Shown here piece after piece: positions 12,581-27,647 of a DNA stretch of 64,000 nucleotides. Under the pieces are notes generated by a model. That model was not told the origin of the DNA. It made no database searches and was given only the letters and a program-made list of their open reading frames with translations. The translations under genes were made by a program, and so were the position numbers. Numbering within the stretch: the first letter of the stretch is position 1; every line of letters starts with the position of its first letter. The DNA is from Haliotis cracherodii. Lineage: Eukaryota. The DNA is taken from the NCBI RefSeq assembly GCF_022045235.1, contig NW_027266330.1:7688001-7752000 (forward strand), in the 5' to 3' direction.

Positions 12581-15077
12581 TATTACATTACGAAGTAACG
12601 ACAGAAAAATAATGTTTGTACAGTCCGTACACTTGGCGATTTGTGCTGATTTAAGTTGTCGTCAAACGTCTTTATGACGTCACAGAACAATTGTATTCTG
12701 AACTCATAAGGGTCACAAGTGGGTCACATGTGTTTCCAAGGTTCGCGTTTTTTTTGGCGGTGAGCATATATAGGAAAACATGCATCATTGCTGGGACTGA
12801 TAAGCGTGGATTAAGGCCGGGCGCTGTTTTAACATCGTCGGTTCTGATCACACGTTTATACTATTGACAAACAGATTAAGCATTCAGCCATATGTCCGAC
12901 TCCGAATGTGTTCGATTATATATGGCGATATAAATTACCTTAGTCTGTGTACATGGTAGGTAAAACTGGATATCGTAGGCTGGTGTGTGATAACAGAAGG
13001 TTATCGTGTTTGTATTGTGACTCGGTGATAATTCTTATTCCTGGTCACGCGTTTGAAGCCCCTGGGTCGTCGACCAGTAACACTAGTTCGCGCGAACAAG
13101 TGCTACGAGGTCAAACACAGATTGTGAGTGAGTTGTGTTTTACGCTACTTAATAATATCGCAGTTAATTCATGGCATGTCAGTTTAAAGGTAACCATCAA
13201 GTGATAACATAAGACTGGAGGACCTAAGTAACATGTGACCTAAACACTGACTTAGTATGGTTTTACGCCTCTCTTAGCACCATTCCAGCAATATACTGGC
13301 GCAGGACACCGGAAATGGGTTTCACACATTGTACCCATGTGGGGAGCGGAAACCGGGTCGCTTTAACCACTAGGCTACCCCACCGCCCCTGACCTGAACA
13401 CAATGGAATTAATGTTTTGGCACACGACACAAGCCTTATAACAACCAGCTAGGATTTATTCGGGAAAGAATCATACCAAAACAATTGTAGCCTCGCTTGG
13501 AGACGAAGTAGTGCTTAAAAGAACGGTCGACGGTTAACTTTATGGTGAGAATACGGCCTGAAGTGATGCAGGTATTTGGTATTTCTCTCTTTGGTGAAAA
13601 TCAAGAGCACGGATATGGTGTGAGTGAGTGAGGTAGTGATTATGGTGTTACGCTGCGTTTAGCAATATTCCAGCAATATCACGGCGCGGGACACCCAAGA
13701 AAACTTCACACATTGTACCTATGTTGGGAATCGAACCCGGGTCTACGGCATGACGGCCGAAAGCTTTAACCACTAGGCTACCCAATCGCTCCTATATCGT
13801 GTGAGAAACCAAGTATCATAACCGGACGTCTCTTGTGGAACCTGGCCCAACTAGGGGACACTACTCTCTTCTACTCTGTGTGTGTGCATCACGGATTCAG
13901 CTAGGTCTATGTCAATCAGTGGCATCCCAGCCGTTGAACGATCTTCTCATGTTGTTCCTGTATCAGCCTCCGTACAAAAACACGACGTTGTGATTTCTTC
14001 ACACTCGCAGCACGCAACAACGGATAAGATCCACTGCCTGTTTTCTGGCCCGATCTACGGCGGCGTATTCAACTTCAATATTTGCAAGCCCGTCGAGTCG
14101 GACGTTAGATCCACTGCCCCCTAACGTAGGCGCCTTGTTGACATACCTTCGGACTCATGCTCTAATGTTCTTGGTTTATGGACATTTACGTTTAACTTCC
14201 GTGAAAATGCTGCATAAACACTCTGGCCTAGATCTTTCAGTTTAAGGTCAAGGCCACGTCACATTCCAATGTTCCAGTTTGAAATATTTATTGTTGTTTT
14301 AAAATGTAAAGCATATATGCTCGCTTGAAAGAGTCTGTCAAATAAACCTTATTTGTTGTAGAATCAGTTTACACAGTTTGATGTTGCTGAGAATGTGCAG
14401 ACGAAAAGCTTCGGTTATCTTTTCGCAGTCAGGAGAGCTAGTGACCTTGAGCCGACTGACAGCCATGTCAAACAGTTTGAACTACACAAGGCTCGGGACA
14501 GATAATGCGTAATTCCTCGTCACTCGTAAATTATTGTCTATTTTCCGGATGTCTGAATCCCTTGTCAGTAACCACCCCCTGTACCAAAATTCTACGGAGG
14601 CTAAAAAACTCTCTATTTCAAAATACATACGATTATTCAAGTAATATGCACAGTAAAAAACTACATCGTACCCCTTCAGAGAATTCAGGTGAATGAACGG
14701 GTGACAACAAACTTGGTTAGTAAAAATGTGCGATAAAATAGTAGACATGATGATTTACCATTTGAATTGTATTTCCGGTCCAGTGGGCGTAAGGATTAAG
14801 ATTATCGTGTGTATTTTCTCAAAAACCTGATAAAAGGAATCAGCTGTACACACGTATTCTTCCAATCTGCCTGTTATTCCGTTAGCAAATACCCAAAATA
14901 AAACTTCATGGAATTCTGATTAATTGTTTCCGAAACAATTATTGTATCAGGAATAATATATTTCAATATCGTGTTATTTCAGTTGCAGCGTTTAACGCTC
15001 AGATTTAGCGACAAAACGTCTCACGCAACATGTGCTACGGACTTGCGATCATCTGCTCAATACATTGCTGCAATGTC

Positions 15078-15570
15078 CATAATCCTGAGGCAAGGGAGTT
15101 AACTGACCATAAAAATCCACCCTTGTCGAACTGGGCTGGAATGTCCTGGATCGATCGCAGCGCCACAAGTGACTGTTACGAGTTATGTCCCTTCTATGTC
15201 CTTCTCCTATCACTTGCATTTGCTTCAAACATAATGGCGGGCCCCAGTCAAGACGATCTGATTGATAATCAAGATCAATATTAAACTAAAATGGGCTTAC
15301 CCTGCGAATTGCACCTTGATAAAATATAGGAACAGGTTTGCAAAATATCTGTCGACGCCCTGTTGACGGTACACATGCTTTGCAAATCCTGAAGTCGACG
15401 GAAATCAATGTTGTTTAGTAACTGGATGTCGAGTTCGTTACGCGATTTTGATTGGACTATGCATAGACTCGTAAGGCCAGCCAAAATGTAACTCCGGAAT
15501 TCCAGCCTAGTTCGGCAAGGGTGGAAACTGGACTTTTATAGTCAGTTAAAGCCCTTGCTTCGGGAAGATG
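15078..15570. mobile_element. Second, longer copy of the 11193-11525 MITE family
   Basis: Same TIRs and internal ttgattggacta motif; near-TSD tgcaatgtc / tgcaatggc. Confidence 0.8.
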
Positions 15571-16049
15571 TGCAATGGCAGGTTGTGGTAGGCTTGTACA
15601 CAGTTGGTCTTCTTGGATATCCGTCAGTTAGTGATGGCAGCATTTCATCAGTTGAAATTAACACGAGTGAGTGAGTGAGTATGGTGTTCGCCGCCTTCAA
15701 CAGTATTTCCAGTTATAGACGGCAATAGACAGCAGGGGACACCAGAATTGGGCTTCCCACACTGTATCCATTTGGGAAATCGAACACAGGTCTTCAGCGT
15801 GAAGAGCGAACGCTTTGACCACCAAGGTATACATGGGTGGTGGAGGTGTGTATACAAACACGTCCAGTATTTACAGTGTTTGACAAACTAAGTATCCTTT
15901 GCCGTCGCCCCATAAAGAACATTAAAGTATCATTTGCTATCTGCTTATACCACAAAAAAAGCATCATTCACTATCGAACACTATTTTGTCATGTTTTTCT
16001 GACATGTCAAGTTTGTCTGTTCGTCTTCATATCACCGTTTCTATTTCCG

Positions 16050-16285
16050 TGTGGGCTGGAAACGGCCCGGATGTTCACAATTAGACTGAGTCGCGCCGGT
16101 ATCCTATTATTTGGATTCGAATTCCACCATCGTCCTGATAATAATCCTTGGTGTGAGCATTTACTGGTGCTCGTGGGTTTTAACCAAAGCATGACATGGC
16201 TGCGCCACACCTGGCCTCCTCCCACCACACCGACACGCCGTGCTGGTATGAAGTATCACCTGCATTTATGGACGTTAAACCATTA
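16050..16285 (+). mobile_element. Old degenerate family B-related SINE
   Basis: ggattcgaattcc B box, gtgctcgtgggtttt, ctcctcccac, ggacgttaaacc tail. Confidence 0.6.
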
Positions 16286-17719
16286 CATTACAACACTTGC
16301 AATCAAGACCAATTCATCTTGATACTACCCCGTTCATATGCCCCTCTATACTGTGGTATATTTGCATATGTGTGTATTTATACACACGTGAACATACCAG
16401 TCATGTCAACTCGTTTACTCTTGTGTATATATACAAACTTGCTCCATGTACGAAGCAGGTGCATATATAAATCGAAACAAGTGTAAGTTTGCACTGTTTG
16501 TATGATGTTGTGAACGTTTATGCCATCGTCAGGGAATGATCTAATTAATATGTCAGTTGATTTGCAACCACAAAACAAATGGCAACAGTTTTTGATTCTG
16601 ACGCTATCTAGTATACTGCAATCCCAAAGTGTATGCGGACATCCAGAGCTGGACGGACACAGTTTCAAGGTATCAAAGGTGGTGTGCACACGATGGTTCA
16701 TAAGGTTTTTGTAAGGTAACTCTCTGCTTATTCGATTGGAAAACAACCTTTCCATTTTGAAAATCGCGAAAAGAGTGCTGTATAAAGTGTGCGTGATTAT
16801 TTACACACCATAGTGAACGTAAACTTATTCATGCACACATACATATATGTACAGTTACACATGTGCACATTTCTTACGTCAATAAATATTGTGGCATTAC
16901 TTACCATGACCCCAATTCGATGGCGAGCGGATCTTTACAATATGATACCATATGTCCTATCATCTTACCCCTTCTGTATAGTTCGATGCTCATGCTATCA
17001 ACCACTGTCTCAACTTGTCCAATTATGTAATGTCCTCAGCGACGTATTTGTTACTCGTTAGCATCCACTGAATACTAAAGTACTGACCATTTGGCGTAGG
17101 GGATATATTTCACGAATCATCTACTCTCAGAGAACAAGACATGTCTTGAAGCAGTAACAAAAAAAATATTCCTCAGTCGAAAAAAAGTTCAACCTCAAAA
17201 TATAATGATCGGTCCATAAGTCCCCTTCCGTGATCTAAACTTATATCAACAGCAGATTGTTATCTACGGGTAATGTATATTGGCTATACATCACAGTGGC
17301 CTCGCTATGGCTCCGGCCTAAACAGCTCCTTGCACAGCTACAAACACTCACGTAGCCATGTGGGTGCCCCATATAGAATGAAGGTTTGATATAAAGCAAC
17401 GCGAAGGCTGTCGGCCGGACGATAATGGTAACGAAACCTGGTATCTTGTGTTTGAACGAACTCTTAACGAAGAACCCGAGACGGATACTTGTTGGCAAGG
17501 TAAACATTTCTGTGTTTAATAATTGTATATCGGCGTGTATCTACAGCGCTGCAGTTTATTATGGCAGGGATCACTTAAATTTTCAAACATCACTGTTTGA
17601 GTACAGATAATTAAGTGGGCCTTTACAATTATCACCACATGTTAGGATACAGTTTCTGGGCGATTTTAAATAGATTAGTGAATGATGTGAGATTTTAAGT
17701 CATTGTGTGTTTTTATGTT

Positions 17720-17975
17720 CTGTTTGTTTGGTCTTTAACGCCGCACTCAGCAATATTCCAGCTATATGATGGCGGTCTGTAAATAATCGATTCTGGACCA
17801 TACAATCCAGTGATTGATATCATGGGCATCAATCCATGCAATTGGGATACAGTGATATGCATCAACCCAGTCAGTGAGCCCCCGATCCCGTTAGTCTCCT
17901 CTTACAACAAGCATAATCGCCTTTTTCGGGAAGCATGGGTTGCGGAAGATCTATTCTAACCCGGATCTTCACGGT
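17720..17975 (-). mobile_element. SINE family A, full length (other copies/fragments: 7776-7925, 11570-11655, 21580-21830, 24170-24300, 24635-24690, 25265-25630, 26645-26740, 28710-28900, 31735-31870, 37403-37640)
   Basis: Colinear with 9297-9561 and 39103-39377. Confidence 0.88.
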
Positions 17976-18456
17976 TTTTTATGTATGTGCATTGGGTATA
18001 ATAACAGTGGATTAGCTAGAGTTTCATCGGTTTCATGCCAAAGGACCTGCGAGATATTAGAGAGCCATAGGGCTGAATACTTGTGTGTATGACGCATATA
18101 TACAATATGACAGGTGATGTGTCCCACGCCGTACTCTGTCAGTTTACGTTTACCATTCTTGGCATATTTTGCTTCAGGTAATAAAGGTTCATTGTTGAAT
18201 TCGCAGCAACAGTTGGGGATTATGTCAGTAGTATGCGAAGCAGCGATATTAGGGTAAGAAGTGGCACGAAAGGACTGGTAATGGAAGTTTGAAAAAATAA
18301 CAGAAGCAGCGTTATTGTGGATATGTGTTTGTGATATAGGAAAAAGAGGCAGCACTTTTGGGAATACTTGTTTGTCTTTTAGAATACGAAGTAGCACTTT
18401 TCCTCTCTATTGATGCTTCACATTCTAATATGACAAACACGTATTCTTAAAGAAGA

Positions 18457-19440
18457 GAGGCAGCACTATTGGGAAAACTTGTTGCCATAGTGGACCGTGA
18501 GGAAGCACTATTTGGAATACTTGTTGTCATAGTGGAATGTGAGGCAGCACTATTGGGAATAGTTGTTGTCATAGTGAAATGTGAGGCAGCACTATTGGGA
18601 ATACTTGTTGTCATAGTGGACTGTGAGGAAGCACTATTTGGAATACTTGTTGTCATAGTGGAATGTGAGGCAGCACTATTGGGAATACTTGTTGTCATAG
18701 TGGAATGTGAGGCAGCACTATTGGGAATACTTGTTGTCATAGTGGAATGTGAGGCAGCACTATTGGGAATACTTGTTGTCATAGTGGAATGTGAGGCAGC
18801 ACTGTTAAGAATACTTGTTGTCATAGTGAAATGTAAGGCAGCACTATTGGGAAACTCGATGTCATAGTGAAATGGAAGGCAGCACTATTGGGAATACTTG
18901 TCATAGTGGAATGGGAGGCAGCACTATTGAGAATACTTGTCATAGTGAAATGTGAGGCAGCACTATTGGGAATACTTGTTGTCATAGTGGAATGTGAGGC
19001 AGCACTATTGGGAATAGTTGTTGTCATAGTGGAATGTAAGGCAGCACTATTGGGAATAGTTGTTGTCATAGTGGAATGTAAGGCAGCACTATTGGGAATA
19101 CTCGATGTCATAGTGAAATGGAAGGCAGCACTATTGGGAATACTTGTCATAGTGGAATGGGAGGCAGCACTATTGAGAATACTTGATGTCAAAGTGGAAT
19201 GTGAGGCAGCAATTTTGGGAATACTTGTCAAAGTGGAATGTGAGGCAGCACTATTGGGAATACTTGTTGCCATAGTGGAATGTGAGGCAGCACTATTGGG
19301 AATACTTGATGTCAAAGTGGAATGTGAGGCAGCAATTTTGGGAATACTTGTCAAAGTGGAATGTGAGGCAGCACTATTGGGAATACTTGTTGCCATAGTG
19401 GAATGTGAGGCAGCACTATTGGGAATACTTGATGTCATTG
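18457..19440. repeat. 42-bp minisatellite (39-bp variants)
   Basis: Unit GAGGCAGCACTATTGGGAATACTTGTTGTCATAGTGGAATGT; decayed units on both flanks. Confidence 0.96.
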
Positions 19441-19739
19441 AGATTCGAATGTGAAGCAAGAGTAATATCATTTCAAGCAGCTACAGTAGGATACCAGTTG
19501 TGTTTATACACGTATGTGAAGCAGCAACTCCTGTGTGAATCAGGACCAGTAGTGTCAGAAGCAAGTAAACATCACAGGCTTCACATAAATAGGGTTCACA
19601 CATTCTACTGGTACGGGGCATACTGCTCCTTGTAACTATATCGTTTTAGTATAGGCCACACACATTGTGGCAGACGTTGCTGGTGATGTCAGATGCAGGA
19701 GTATCAGTAAGCCACTATATTCTAGTTGGAAATGGAAGC

Positions 19740-20775
19740 TGCAATTGAAGTACATATAGATGCAGCAGAAACATATAGTCATGGCAATATGATACCGACT
19801 ATTGAAGTACATATAGATGCAGCAGAAACATAAAGTCATGGCAATATGATACCGACTGTTGAAGTACATATAGATGCAGCAGAAACATAAAGTCATGGCA
19901 ATATGATACCGGCTATTGAAGTACATATAGATGCAGGAGAAACATATAGTCATGGCAATATGATACCGGCTATTGAAGTACATATAGATGCAGCAGAAAC
20001 ATATAGTCATGGCAATATGATACCGGCTATTGAAGTACATATAGATGCAGCAGAAACATATAGTCATGGCAATATGATACCGGCTATTGAAGTACATATA
20101 GATGCAGCAGAAACATAAAGTCATGGCAATATGATACCGACTATTGAAGTACATATAGATGCAGCAGAAACATATAGTCATGGCAATATGATACCGACTA
20201 TTGAAGTACATATAGATGCAGCAGAAACATATAGTCATGGCAATATGATACCGACTATTGAAGTACATATAGATGCAGCAGAAACATATAGTCATGGCAA
20301 TATGATACCGACTATTGAAGTACATATAGATGCAGCAGAAACATAAAGTCATGGCAATATGATACCGGCTATTGAAGTACATATAGATGCAGCAGAAACA
20401 TACAGTCATGGCAATATGATACCGGCTATTGAAGTACATATAGATGCAGCAGAAACATAAAGTCATGGCAATATGATACCGACTATTGAAGTACATATAG
20501 ATGCAGCAGAAACATAAAGTCATGGCAATATGATACCGGCTATTGAAGTACATATAGATGCAGCAGAAACATACAGTCATGGCAATATGATACCGGCTAT
20601 TGAAGTACATATAGATGCAGCAGAAACATAAAGTCATGGCAATATGATACCGGCTATTGAAGTACATATAGATGCAGCAGAAACATATAGTCATGGCAAT
20701 ATGATACCGGCTATTGAAGTACATATAGATGCAGCAGAAACATATAGTCATGGCAATATGATACCGGCTATTGAA
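19740..20775. repeat. 57-bp minisatellite (~18 copies)
   Basis: Unit ATTGAAGTACATATAGATGCAGCAGAAACATATAGTCATGGCAATATGATACCGGCT. Confidence 0.97.
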
Positions 20776-21852
20776 ACATCATAATGGGGGTTGTAGTAAG
20801 AACAGTGATATAAATGCTCAACATCCCAATTGCTGCCCAGGAAAACACCGTTTTGTAAAACACCTTAAACAGGCACAAAAAAACTACAACATAAACACAT
20901 ATTGGTAAATGGTAGCTTAGAAATGACTTCGAGGGAATAGTCATGGATTATGAGCTAGAATGTGCATTAACATCACCAGCTTATTTCTATCAAATTATCT
21001 ACTGACAGAGTCACTGCAGGGTTGAAGGAGCATTCCTTCTGTGTGGATCATATTAACATCATCGTATTACTTATTCACAATTTCCGGAACTGAAGAGAAA
21101 AACATATTTTAGTGTAGACTAGATCGCTACCTTATGTAGCCTTATGTCAAAAAGATACTTTTTGTTGTGCAGTGTTGGTAATGACATAGATAATTGTACT
21201 TGACTGTTTTGAGTCTCATCTGAATGAAAGAAATGACCTAAGTCGGGTACATTCTTCCATTTGGTCCCACTCTGTTTGTTTGTTTGTCCAACAGTATGAT
21301 CAGGGCCATTACAGTAATTATCGATTACCTACTTACAGAGACACAGCTGCTCAATCCATCTGGATTGCACTTGTCTTGACCTACACTAACTGCAGATCTT
21401 ATTACTAGTCTCAACTTGTACAACTTGTCTGTACCTACGAGTTCAACCGTATTAAGGAAGCGGAATTTCTGTCATTTGACATCTTAATTGTTGATATAAT
21501 TATGAACTGACATTCTCATAGTGAGAGTTCATTGGAGTATGAAACGCCATAAAGAAAAAGTCAAAAGTCGGAGCTATGATGTTTGTTTGTTTGTTGTTTA
21601 ACGTCGCACTTAGCAATATTCTAGCAATGTGACGGCGGTCTATAAATAAACGAGTCTGGACCAGAGAATCAAATGCTTGACATCATGATCATCTATCCAC
21701 GCCTTTGGGAAACGATGACATGCATCAACCAAGTCAGCGAGTCTGATCACCCGATCCCGTTAGTCGCCTCTTACGACAAGCATAGTCGCCTTTCACGGCA
21801 AGCATGGGTTGCTGAAGACCTATTCTACCCATATATATGTATACTCAAATAT

Positions 21853-23547
21853 TCATACTGGTAGATATAGCTCGGGTGTACATATTGGTAAATATAGCTC
21901 GGGTGTACATACTGGGAGATATAGCTCGGGTGTACATACTGGAAGATATAGCTCGGGTGTAAATACTGGTAGATATAGCTCGGGTGTACATACTGGAAGA
22001 TATAGCTCGGGTGTACATACTGGTAGATATAGCTCGGGTGTGCATACTGGAAGATATATCTCGGGTGTACATACTGGAAGATATAGCTCGGGTGTACATA
22101 CTGGAAGATATAGCTCGGGTGTACATACTGGTAGATATAGCTCGGGTGTACATACTGGAAGATATAGCTCGGGTGTACATACTGGTAGATATAGCTCGGG
22201 TGTACATACTGGTACATATAGCTCGGGTGTACATACTGGTAGATATAGCTCGGGTGTACATACTGGAAGATATAGCTCGGGTGTACATACTGGTAGGTAT
22301 AGCTCGGGTGTGCATACTGGAAGATATAGCTCGGGTGTACATACTGGAAGATATAGTTCGGGTGTACATACTGGTAGATATAACTTGGGTGTACATACTG
22401 GTAGATATAGCTCGATACTGGTAGATATAGCTCGGGTGTACATACTGGTAGATATAGCTCAGGTGTACATAATGGTAGATATAGCTCGGGTGTAAATACT
22501 TGTAGATATAGCTCGGGTGTACATACTGGTAGATATAGCTCAGGTGTACATACTGGTAGATATAGCTTGGGTGTACATACTGGTACATATAGCTCAGGTG
22601 TACATAATGGCAGATATAGCTCGGGTGTAAATACTGGTAGATATAGCTCGGGTGTACATACTGGTACATATAGCTCAGGTGTACATAATGGCAGATATAG
22701 CTCGGGTGTAAATACTTGTAGATATAGCTCGGGTGTACATACTGGTAGATATAGCTCAGGTGTACATACTGGAAGATATAGCTCGGGTGTAAATACTGGT
22801 AGATATAGCTCGGGTGTACGTACTGGTAGATATAGCTCAGGTGTACATAATGGCAGATATAGCTCGGGTGTAAATACTGGTACATATAGCTCGGGTGTAC
22901 GTACTGGTAAAAATAGCTCGGGTGTACATACTGGTAGATATAGCTCGGGTGTACATACTGGTACATATAGCTCGGGTGTACATACTGGAAGATATAGCTC
23001 GGGTGTAAATACTTGTAGTTATAGCTCGGGTGTACATACTGGTAGATATAGCTCGGGTGTACATACTGGTAGATATAGCTCGGGTGTACATACTGGTAGA
23101 TATAGCTCGGGTGTACATACTGGTAGATATAGCTCGGGTGTACATACTGGTAGATATAGCTCGGGTGTACATACTGGTAGATATAGCTCGGGTGTACATA
23201 CTGGTAGGTATAGCTCGGGTGTAAATACTGGTACATATAGCTCGGGTGTACATACTGGAAGATATAGCTCGGGTGTAAATACTTGTAGTTATAGCTCGGG
23301 TGTACATACTGGTAGATATAGCTCGGGTGTACATACTGGTACATATAGCTCGGGTGTACATACTGGAAGATATAGCTCGGGTGTAAATACTTGTAGTTAT
23401 AGCTCGGGTGTACATACTGGTAGATATAGCTCGGGTGTACATACTGGTAGATATAGCTCGGGTGTACATACTGGTAGATATAGCTCGGGTGTACATACTG
23501 GTAGATATAGCTCGGGTGTACATACTGGTAGATATAGCTCGGGTATA
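21853..23547. repeat. 27-bp minisatellite (~62 copies)
   Basis: Unit CATACTGGTAGATATAGCTCGGGTGTA. Confidence 0.97.
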
Positions 23548-25815
23548 TAGACTGGAATACATGTACTTAGTTCGTGTATATAGACGTGGCTGTGTTGCTC
23601 GTCTATGCACGCAGATTGATAGTCTCACGGTGACTGTGATTACCCTAAGGCAGAGGTAACTATGATGATGTGAATGTTTTTAAAACTGAAAATGTTTACT
23701 TTACTTCTTAAATGTACACATCATCGCCTTTGACAACTGTAATAACACAAGTCTGTAAAAATGCGGTCAAGCCTAACACGCCTAATGTATTGCGCAGTTA
23801 TTAACAATTCCAAATTCTTAAGAATGGTTGGTTACTGATAATCTTACACGTGAGACCAGTCAAATGACAGCGAAACTGACGTTTATAAGCGTATGAAAGA
23901 TATATTTTGACGTTAATACGTTTTTCACGAGGTCGTATACTGGAAATGGTGTAAACACTGACAGTTGAGTTCGACATTCATGAATAAATACAGAACCGCT
24001 GTTTCTGTTTTGGCACTTCAATCCTGAATCGGTTTTTAAGTGAACAATTGGAGAAATCATTCGATTTCACAAGCGAATACCTGCTGTTACGAGTGTTTCT
24101 CTTTACTTGTAAGCAGCAAAAGTAAATCAAGTTTAACATCTGGTTCCTAGTTTCAACAAGGTCAGTAAACCCGCAATCATGTCTCTGGCGTGTCTGGTCC
24201 AGGATCGCTATCAGTCAATTGGCTGGTCCAGATTCGTCCATTGTTCACAGGTCGTCGTCGTAGGGCAAGAATATTGCTGGATGCGGCGTTAGATCATAAA
24301 CAGTTCGTGGTGATACGGGCATAATACATGCTAACCCTTTTCGCGAACATCTGCTGTCATCACTGATTGTCATTGATCCATTCATATAATTGCCATCATA
24401 ATATTTTTTTTTACGCCCAGTGTAATCTATTGCGGCAGGGACTCGAGACTATTGGGGTCTATTTATTAAAGATATTAAGTGAGACTTATTATTCTCTTTG
24501 ACGTTTTTAATGTTTAATTGGCTGCAAGCCTATGAGAGGACCTATACTGGTGAACAAAGTGACAGATTGCACCTAAATAACAGTGACAGTCAGACATATT
24601 CTGCAGCAATACGTGAATTTACTTCAGCCCATATACAGATCGCCGTCATATAGCTGTAATATTGCTGAGTGCGGCGTTAAACAACAAACAGTGAGTGAAT
24701 ATGGTTTGACGCCGCCTTCAGCAATATTACAACAATATGACGGCGGGGGACAACAGAAATGGGCTTCACACATTGTACCCATGTCGGGAATCGAAACCAG
24801 GTCTTTGGCGTGACGCGCAATCGCTTTAACCACTAGGCTGCCCGACCACCAAAACAACAAACAAATAATAATCATCTTCAAATCGTCCAAATCACCAAAC
24901 CATCACTGGGAACTTTGAATCTCACATTGATCGTGTCGGTCATAGTGAGTTACTCGGGTTGTTCTTATGATGTTTTTATTCAAGTGATGTTATGTGAGGA
25001 CTATGTAGCATACAAACGCTCATGTCATGCCTTGTTCAGGGGATCTGTATGTGGTCAGGGTATGGCTGTACATGTTAGCAGGAGGTCACATGCACCAAGG
25101 CGCTTTCCTCGTACCCAATAGCGTTATTACAAATAATAAGTATTGACCGTCACTTTGAATGAGTTCATGAGAAATGAACTTTTATGGAGGGAGGTGCAAG
25201 CTTCCACGTTCAAACCCTTTGGTCCTGACTCAATAAAGATTAATACTTACAATGAACTCATACAGAGTGAGATCTTGGGGTAGAAAAGGTCTTAAGCAGC
25301 CTATGCTTGCCGTAAAATGCGATTATGTTTGTTGTAAGAGACATCTAACCAAATGCGTGTATCGATGCTCATCGTGTCAGTCCACGCAATTGGGACCGAT
25401 GACATGCATTAACCAAGCCTGACCACCCGATCCCGTTAGTTGCCTTTTACGACAAGCATATTTCCATTTTACGGCAAGCATGGGTTCCCGAAGACCTATT
25501 CCACCCCCGGATCTTCACGGATCACAATTATTTGTTTATCTAGTAAAAACATAACATTAACAGCTAAGCTGAATGTTGGATTTTATGGTTTGCTGAAGAC
25601 CTATTCTATCACGGAATATTCACGGGTCCACGAATCAGTTGTTAGCCATTTAACCAGGAATGTTAAATTCAAGAACGATATTTTAACGCAAAGGTTTTAT
25701 CACTGTAGCGTAACAGGGACAAGTGAAACGTTGAATTTCGGGACAAATGCAGTCGATTTATGAGTCAAAACGCTATTGAACTGATGAAACTGATGGAACA
25801 CATATAGCCTGGAGT

Positions 25816-26476
25816 TGAAGAGCTTAGAGCTAAAAGGGGCCAAAATGCACTTTGGCCCTATTTTGCTTATTATTGCATAAATAAGATCTATGAGTTCTTG
25901 TTTACCTGTAGAAAAAATATTATATGTTTTCATTTATGCGTTTTTGAAATATAGGTACTTAAAATTCTATAAAAGGGCCAAAGTAAAGTTCCAAAAGGGT
26001 CAAAGTCACTTTGCTAGATTTTGGCCCTTTTAGCTCTCATTTCCGTGTGTGGTTGAGACTGGTTGTCTGAGAGAGGTTTTGAAAGTTTGGAACCTTATCA
26101 TCATATTTCAACTATTTCAACAAAGTTGGCCTTAGTTTAAATCATTCACAAGTACTTCAATAGTATGTGCTTGTACTTTCAGTAGTAGTTTATCAATCTC
26201 ACATGTTAAATCCCATGCAAATGCCTGAGGGTCAAAACGGGCCAAAATACAGACATTGGCCCTTTCCACCCTTACACAAATTAAAAACGTAAGTTTATTT
26301 CCTTTTTTGAATGTTTTTTACAACAACATTTATATCTCTGCTGTCAGAATGCTTTAATGTCTAGGAATTTATCGGTAAAAAAAAGTTCATTAATATACAT
26401 AATATTATGTGTTTTTTATCACTTTTCTCAAAACAGACTCCACATGGCATTGGCCCTTATGGCTCTGAGGTCTTCA
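25816..26476. mobile_element. Non-autonomous DNA transposon with imperfect ~30-bp TIRs and internal AAAGGGCCAAA repeats
   Basis: tgaagagcttagagctaaaaggggccaaaatgc vs ggcattggcccttatggctctgaggtcttca; gggccaaa/tttggccc recurs inside. Confidence 0.65.
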
Positions 26477-27647
26477 TATATAGCTTCCAATTGCTTCGTG
26501 TTCTGATATATGAATGTTTGCTTGTCATAATTCACTTGTAATTGAGATCAGGTAAACATGTGTGTAGACATTGCGCTGGGAAATATTGACGGTCGATAAA
26601 CTGCGAACCGATACTTTGATATCCTTATCGATAACAAATTCATTTTCTTTGTTGTGTAACGCTGCAGTCTGCAGTATTCCAGCTATGTGACTGCGGCCTG
26701 TAAATAATCGAGTTTGATCTACACAATCCAGTGAGTGATATCAATCAAAGCTGTCGGTATACGATAACATGAAATCAAACAAATTACCGACTCGTCCGAC
26801 CAGCATTGATTGTTTACTTCCAGATCTACTAACAGAACGANNNNNNNNNNNNNNNNNNNNNNNNNNNNNNNNNNNNNNNNNNNNNNNNNNNNNNNNNNNN
26901 NNNNNNNNNNNNNNNNNNNNNNNNNNNNNNNNNNNNNNNNNNNNNNNNNNNNNNNNNNNNNNNNNNNNNNNNNNNNNNNNNNGTTTCTCGGCAGGATAAA
27001 GCCAACGGATAAAAACGATATCCGTTGGGGTCATATGCGGATAGAGATGCAAATATCAAAGGTCAAGTAGAACTACTTTCACTGTTTATAAACAAACATG
27101 GCGTCGCCCTCGTCATTCGGCAATCGAGTCAGAATTAACCATCGGGAATCTGGATAAACTACAGAGATAACTGCTATCATTATCAAATGAACAGTCTAAT
27201 ATGCTGAAAATCAGTGACTAGCTGTGACGTGGCTAAGGCATTTTATAAGTTTTGGCAACTTTGGAGAAACATTTTGCGAGGGCACAAGGCCTAGCCAAGC
27301 AGGATCAACAGCCATATCTGTGCTTGTAGACCTCTGCGGCTGGAAACCTCCACAAATTAAAATAGATGGATTTGGCTGAAATATGTTTGAATTGTTACCT
27401 TGTTTTGTTTTGTCGCTTTGTGTACATCTGTCTACACTTCTTAACGTTATGACAGGACAGACCGACTGTCAACAACGTCTGACCGTGGCCGTGACGTCTC
27501 ATAGACTAGGGTTAGAGTAGCTTCCCTTTGACAAAGGGCGGTTACTCAAGCGGACAGACCGATGGATTGCCACGAAAGGCAATTAAAAAAAACTGTTGTT
27601 TTGCGTGTATGTTGCTTCACCAGTGTATAAGAAACAAATTTCAGTTG

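Noticed and set aside
19745-19790. Common origin of the 57-bp and 29-bp satellites (cagaaRcatata..catg, 15/19 match)
   Set aside because: Short, low-complexity similarity; the 57-mer does not split into two 28-29-bp halves
19636-23659. Long ORFs (371, 499, 327 aa etc.) in the 57- and 27-bp arrays
   Set aside because: Open in several frames and on both strands, broken by stops/indels, no flanking coding context
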